DNA of 64,000 bases from Entomortierella parvispora E1425. Taxonomy: Eukaryota; Fungi; Mortierellomycota. Location of the stretch: assembly GCA_020891255.1 (NCBI GenBank), contig BQFW01000004.1:1674001-1738000 (forward strand), given 5' to 3'. Both the position numbers and the translations under genes were made by a program. Below the pieces are notes generated by a model. It did no database searches. It was not told the DNA's origin and saw nothing but the letters and a program-made list of their open reading frames with translations. Shown in pieces: positions 59,438 through 64,000 of the stretch; position 1 is the stretch's first letter; every line of letters starts with the position of its first letter.

Positions 59438-60829
59438 TTATTGTCTGCTTAAGCTGTCATTGTCCTCATCCACATCATCTTCCTCCTCGTCCACATCATC
59501 TTCATCCCCATCTTCATCATCGTCACCCTCCTCTTCTTCATCATCGTCCTCACTCTCGTCCCTGTCCCGGTCATGATGTTTCTTCTTGTCTTTATCGTCG
59601 TCATGACTGTGCTTGTGAGGAGTATGCTTGGGCAGTGGCTCAGACTCGATATCAAAAGGCGGGAACATGTCCTCGTAGTCGACTATGTGCTTGTGCTTGT
59701 GTCGATCATCATCTTCCTCATCTCTATCTTCATTATCATCCTCGCGATCATCATCTTCGTCGTGGGATTTGTGCTTTTGCCTTTCAAGGTTTATGTTCTC
59801 CTCAACCGCGTCTTCAAGGTTGTCTTCGTGGTCTGCATTTCCCAAGGGCTCTATCTCTCCCTCAGCCTCCACCTCAGCTTCATCCTCGTAAGCCTGTTGC
59901 TCGTCGTCAATTGGCTCGATAAACTCTTCTTTGAGGTATGGATCTTGGTACGCGTCTGGGTCAACTTCCCAGGTGGCTTCATTGAATGAACCATATGGAC
60001 CTTCGTTTAATTGTGGCTGAACATCGTCCGATGTAGCGGCCCCCCTTGCACCCTCAAATACCTGTGATTCTTGGTTTTCTGTCTCCACAGGATCAATACT
60101 GACATGATCAGATTCTGACATCGGGAAACTGCTCTTGCCCATGCTTTCTTTGGTGGCCGCTGGTGTGAGTACAGCAGCCGGAGTCTCAATAGTCAATGCC
60201 GGCTCTGCCGTTTGGGCAGCAGCAGCGGCTGTTATGGTGATGGTTTTGTACTCGACCAAAGTAGTTGTCACGGCCGGTAGCGCTGGCATCGTCGTGGTTG
60301 AGGTCAGGGTCACGGTTTTGTAAACTGATTGAGTCACTGTCAAAGTGGCCGCATAGACAACCTCTCGAATTTTTCCTGCTTCGCCTGGTCCGGTCCCATC
60401 TCCACCAGCCGCCGCGATATCGACGACACCTTCAAGGGCGTAGTCGATTTCGGCCGTGAGATCCATACCATTGTTGCAAAGACAGAGGACTTGCATTTTG
60501 TGCGTGTTTGGAACGTGATTACATCGGTTGATTTCACTCGTTTGGGCAGAAGAGGCAGAGGGACCGTTGTCAGGATTCTGGGGATCTCCTCGCTGGAGAC
60601 ACCGGATATGGCAGAGGAAGGTAAAAGACTTACAAAAGGGAGTCACTGCCGTCGCTGCTTGCTCTTGGGACCCAAAGTCCATCGAGTCGAAGTCGACATG
60701 ATCGAGCTCAATCTCCCGATAAGGAGGCTGATGAGGTCTGTCCCGCGCTGCAATGGCGGACAGGGAGAAACAGGCAAAAAAGAGGAAGAGTCTGACTGGG
60801 AGGATAGATCGTCGTCTGGACGCCGACAT
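59438..60829 (-). CDS. Putative secreted protein (463 aa): signal peptide, 6-Cys domain, Thr/Ala linker and Asp/Glu/His-rich tail
   Basis: MSASRRRSILPVRLFLFFACFSLSAIAA resembles a signal peptide. Cys module CKSFTFLCHIRC...RCNH...LCLCN. Poly-D/E and His-Lys clusters at the C-terminus. Confidence 0.78.
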   Translation of the reverse strand: MSASRRRSILPVRLFLFFACFSLSAIAARDRPHQPPYREIELDHVDFDSMDFGSQEQAATAVTPFCKSFTFLCHIRCLQRGDPQNPDNGPSASSAQTSEINRCNHVPNTHKMQVLCLCNNGMDLTAEIDYALEGVVDIAAAGGDGTGPGEAGKIREVVYAATLTVTQSVYKTVTLTSTTTMPALPAVTTTLVEYKTITITAAAAAQTAEPALTIETPAAVLTPAATKESMGKSSFPMSESDHVSIDPVETENQESQVFEGARGAATSDDVQPQLNEGPYGSFNEATWEVDPDAYQDPYLKEEFIEPIDDEQQAYEDEAEVEAEGEIEPLGNADHEDNLEDAVEENINLERQKHKSHDEDDDREDDNEDRDEEDDDRHKHKHIVDYEDMFPPFDIESEPLPKHTPHKHSHDDDKDKKKHHDRDRDESEDDDEEEEGDDDEDGDEDDVDEEEDDVDEDNDSLSRQ

Positions 60830-61183
60830 GGTTTCGGATGCACTGTGGCGTCTAAAATAGGAGCAGCAGAGAAGAAGATGAAATGGAGGGTGAGGAGGAC
60901 AAGAGGAAGAGTAGGGGGGAGAAGAGAGATAGAGAGGTACGAGTGCTGCCAGCGTGCCCAAGAGCAGCCTGGTTGGAATGAGAACAGCTCGACCTCAAGG
61001 GCACACTCTGACAAAGACAAACACAGGCACATAGGTTGGTGGCAAATGACTCTTTGCTCCTTTTGTCTACTAGGGAAGTACCCTTGGCACGGCCATGGTT
61101 CTTCCAGGAGGGGACGGACCCGGGGCGAGGGGCCGTGCTCTTATTCTCCGCTCCATGGCTACACATTGCTCTCCCCTCACCCC

Positions 61184-61207
61184 CATTCATTCATTCATTC
61201 ATTCATT
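61184..61207 (+). repeat. (CATT)6 microsatellite upstream of the F-box ATG at 61235
   Basis: Directly visible. Confidence 0.9.
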
Positions 61208-61234
61208 CCTGCCATTGCAACCTCTAGTCATCCC

Positions 61235-63664
61235 ATGGACTGCCCCGAGCCCACAGGTCAGTCCCTGTCTTCCTCGCTGTCGTCGCTCGCTATTTCAAGG
61301 ACTGCGGTACCATCCTCCCCTTCTGCTTGGAGTCGACTACCGACCGAGTGTCTCCAAATCATCATCACCGCCCTGACCCCCGATCCCGGTGCACTAGCTG
61401 CACTCCTCCAAGTGAACAGACAACTTTTCTTTCTAGTCGTCCCCGTCCTCTACTACGATCCTTTCAAAACCCTACAGGACCTCATCCACAGCCAGAATGA
61501 CAGCATTCGTCTCTGCCGTGAAAACACCCCCACAGAAGATGAAATCAAGCGGTCTCTGAACCTCGATGACTATATCAGCTACTGTAATCTCAAGGGCGAG
61601 GCCAAACTTGCACAACGCGATGTCTATGGTGCTTTGGCTTGGAGCACCCTCGACTGGAATCGACGTAATGAGCGAATGGCATCCCTTCGGCAACGGGAGG
61701 TATCCTTGCTGGCAACCTTGCTCTGGACATCAATTGAAGAGTTTTGTACTCGGTATCCTTCCATCAAGTCTTTTTATTACCCATCATCTCTGAAGCCTCC
61801 CAAACTTGAAAAGGATATGACTCGAATCGATGGAACGATGTTTCGACGCCGACGATGGCCCACCGTGGACTTTGCAGATTACTCTAATCGAGGGATTGTC
61901 TGGACTTCTCAAGAGTATCTGAGACATGTCAGGGTCCTTGATCTAGCCCGCATCTCAACCCGCCAGCCACTCAGGAACCTTCACAACAAGGAATTCAGAC
62001 GATGTGAACCATCAGCTAGGCCCCAAGAAAATCATGTCAACTCGTGGGAAGGAAAGTCGGGAACGTTCGCTAAGGCCTTCTTGCCAGACAGGCTGAACAA
62101 CGGACGCTTCGCAGTTGACGGCGCTTTAGATTTCCTACAGAGAGCACTGCTGGATAAACTCTCTGGAGGCCTTGTGGATGTTTCAGGGGAGACCACTGCC
62201 GCGGGAGGTCGAGCGAGCAACCAGGGGACAATTTGGAGTCTAAGAATTCCTGCCTATCGACTGCGAACATACCAATTGCGCCAAGATCGTGTACCGAGGT
62301 TGTCTAGGAAAAAGAGCGGAACACAGGGCATTTTAAGCTCGGACCAAGAACCATCCATGCTGCCAAGGTCTGAAGGGAATTTATCGCGAAATGGTGACGG
62401 TCCAAACACACCCATATCTCCAGCTTGGAAGCCGTATGGATTCACCTTGGAGAGACTAACGCATCTGAGACGACTAGAGGTGTGTAATCTGAACGACAAC
62501 TTACAAAACTGGAAAACCTTGGAACGAGTTGTAGCTTTTCTAAATCGGAGCAGAGAAGAGGTAGCAAGGGATGAGGATCCACAGAGGCAGCCAAGGATAC
62601 AAAACACGATCCGCGAGTTTACAATACAGGTCCAAGGCGACATTAGAGCTGAATACCAACTTCACAAGATCCTGGCGCATCTGAGCAACTTGGAAGTACT
62701 AGGGATTTATACTTCAGAGGCCAACACAATTTGCAGGAAGCTTTGGACCCCAGATCTCAGTTGGGGTCAAAACTTGAAATCGCTCAAGATCGGAACTCAA
62801 TGCACGCTTTCTTGCTCCGAATCTTTTACGTTCCTGGGATCCTTCAGAAATCTAGTATCTTTAACCATCGTGGTATCTCAGCCGCACGTGTTTCAATGGA
62901 TCGTGGACAAGAAGGCCTCTCGACGTCGACGTCTGAACCGACAGCAATCACTCATGCCGATGGTTCCCTTTGATACCATCGCCTCCGCTCAGCCCAAGGG
63001 TCCGCACGATCACAGCAACATTGAGGATTGTTTGCCCAACCTGCGACAGCTCAGCATGAAAAACTGTGAGGGGAATATATTTCTGGGGCCCGCCAATAGT
63101 GCAGCCGAAGCCTTTGGGGATCAGCTCGAGGAACTAGTCCTGCAGATCAGCTACCTGGATCGATTCATCCCGGCCGTTGGGTTCCTCTACCCGTTTCGAA
63201 ATCTGGTGCGCCTGGCCTTAAGAGGGTCGTCTCTTGTCAGGTTTTTTGAGTGCAAGACGTCAAGTTCCCTGGCGGAATGTTGTCCCTCACTGGAAAAGCT
63301 GGCCTTGCAGGTTGACTATTACAACAGGCGTGTAGAATCTGTGCAGCTGAACACAGTGACCGAGACCCTTTTGCTCTTGACCTCGCTTGAGTGTCTTTAT
63401 TTGGAGCAAACGTGGCTGTTTAATGACAGCCAGCTCCTTAAAATCGCTTCAGAGTGTCCTAGACTTCGCAAAATTGGGTGCAGGCTCTTGCCCAGAATGA
63501 CCCTGGAGGGAATTGGTCAAGCCAACGATATCCTGGTGGCCAAGAGACATGGTCAGGTGTTCCCAATGAAGCCTGCAGGTCTATTTCGACTGACTGCTTG
63601 GACACACCTTTACCAAGAAGATCATTGGGCAATGTCTCTATTCGACCCTGACAGAAATGAATGA
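61235..63664 (+). CDS. F-box/RNI-like protein, intronless, about 809 aa
   Basis: WSRLPTECLQIIITAL..DPGALAALLQVNRQLFFLVVPVLYYDPF F-box. C-terminal LRRs (LPNLRQLSM, CPSLEKLAL, CPRLRKI). Likely start MDCPEP; the upstream part of the 1111-aa ORF overlaps the antisense secreted gene. Confidence 0.85.
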   Translation: MDCPEPTGQSLSSSLSSLAISRTAVPSSPSAWSRLPTECLQIIITALTPDPGALAALLQVNRQLFFLVVPVLYYDPFKTLQDLIHSQNDSIRLCRENTPTEDEIKRSLNLDDYISYCNLKGEAKLAQRDVYGALAWSTLDWNRRNERMASLRQREVSLLATLLWTSIEEFCTRYPSIKSFYYPSSLKPPKLEKDMTRIDGTMFRRRRWPTVDFADYSNRGIVWTSQEYLRHVRVLDLARISTRQPLRNLHNKEFRRCEPSARPQENHVNSWEGKSGTFAKAFLPDRLNNGRFAVDGALDFLQRALLDKLSGGLVDVSGETTAAGGRASNQGTIWSLRIPAYRLRTYQLRQDRVPRLSRKKSGTQGILSSDQEPSMLPRSEGNLSRNGDGPNTPISPAWKPYGFTLERLTHLRRLEVCNLNDNLQNWKTLERVVAFLNRSREEVARDEDPQRQPRIQNTIREFTIQVQGDIRAEYQLHKILAHLSNLEVLGIYTSEANTICRKLWTPDLSWGQNLKSLKIGTQCTLSCSESFTFLGSFRNLVSLTIVVSQPHVFQWIVDKKASRRRRLNRQQSLMPMVPFDTIASAQPKGPHDHSNIEDCLPNLRQLSMKNCEGNIFLGPANSAAEAFGDQLEELVLQISYLDRFIPAVGFLYPFRNLVRLALRGSSLVRFFECKTSSSLAECCPSLEKLALQVDYYNRRVESVQLNTVTETLLLLTSLECLYLEQTWLFNDSQLLKIASECPRLRKIGCRLLPRMTLEGIGQANDILVAKRHGQVFPMKPAGLFRLTAWTHLYQEDHWAMSLFDPDRNE

Positions 63665-64000
63665 ATTGGCCAAGAACAAAGCGGCCTAATAAAAAAGATC
63701 AGGTATGGGCCACGAGGATACGAAAAGTGAGGCTCTTTGAGGGGGAGTGAGGGAAAGGAGCGCTAGGCCAAGATCTACTGCTGATCAGATTCGTCCTTGG
63801 GGCTAAACAATCGGGGCTTATTCTGCACAGGTCAAGTATCTAGGACACGTACACAAATGTTGATATAGTTGAGGATCAAGAATCCTTAGAGTGCAAAGCC
63901 ACCCGGCACAAGCAGCGCACTAGACCCTTGTGGTAGTCTAAACCCTCTCCAAAGAGGGACGCGTGGAGGATACCTTTTCTACGAGTTCCTAGGTGGCATC

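Noticed and set aside
60329-61234. N-terminal 300 aa of the 1111-aa ORF
   Set aside because: It overlaps the secreted gene in antisense and crosses the intergenic promoter region. The F-box starts shortly after the ATG at 61235.

Overview
This is a gene-dense, intron-containing eukaryotic window from a fungal nuclear genome. The gene content, short GT-AG introns and many intronless F-box/RNI-like genes suggest an early-diverging fungus, probably Mortierellaceae (inference). I reconstructed 28 apparently intact protein-coding gene models by hand from splice signals and recognisable protein motifs. Recognisable conserved genes: PP2A catalytic subunit (cut by the left edge), QCR10, OHCU decarboxylase, histone H2A.Z, a Cue2-like CUE/Smr nuclease, a stand-alone CAP_C-like protein, a DUF4203 membrane protein, an OB-fold protein, a divergent PP1, a maltose O-acetyltransferase, COQ10, MTMR14, SNRNP27, CBP3/UQCC1, PEX19, TMEM245-like, HEM14, PTR2 and a Tyr-type GST. 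Accessory content: five intact intronless F-box genes plus two decayed copies, a stefin-type cystatin, a secreted Cys-rich/acidic protein and two low-complexity proteins of unknown function. I found no rRNA, tRNA, CRISPR array or transposon. The most notable observations are: (1) a clear QVVAG stefin, a family not expected in model fungi, placed head-to-head with an F-box gene; (2) an F-box birth-and-death cluster at 40.9-46.7 kb, with all five intact F-box genes divergently paired with their upstream neighbour; (3) an H2A.Z with a non-canonical N-tail; (4) a PP1 paralog with altered surface grooves; (5) four complex-III-related genes in one window. All family assignments come from motif recognition by eye, not database searches.
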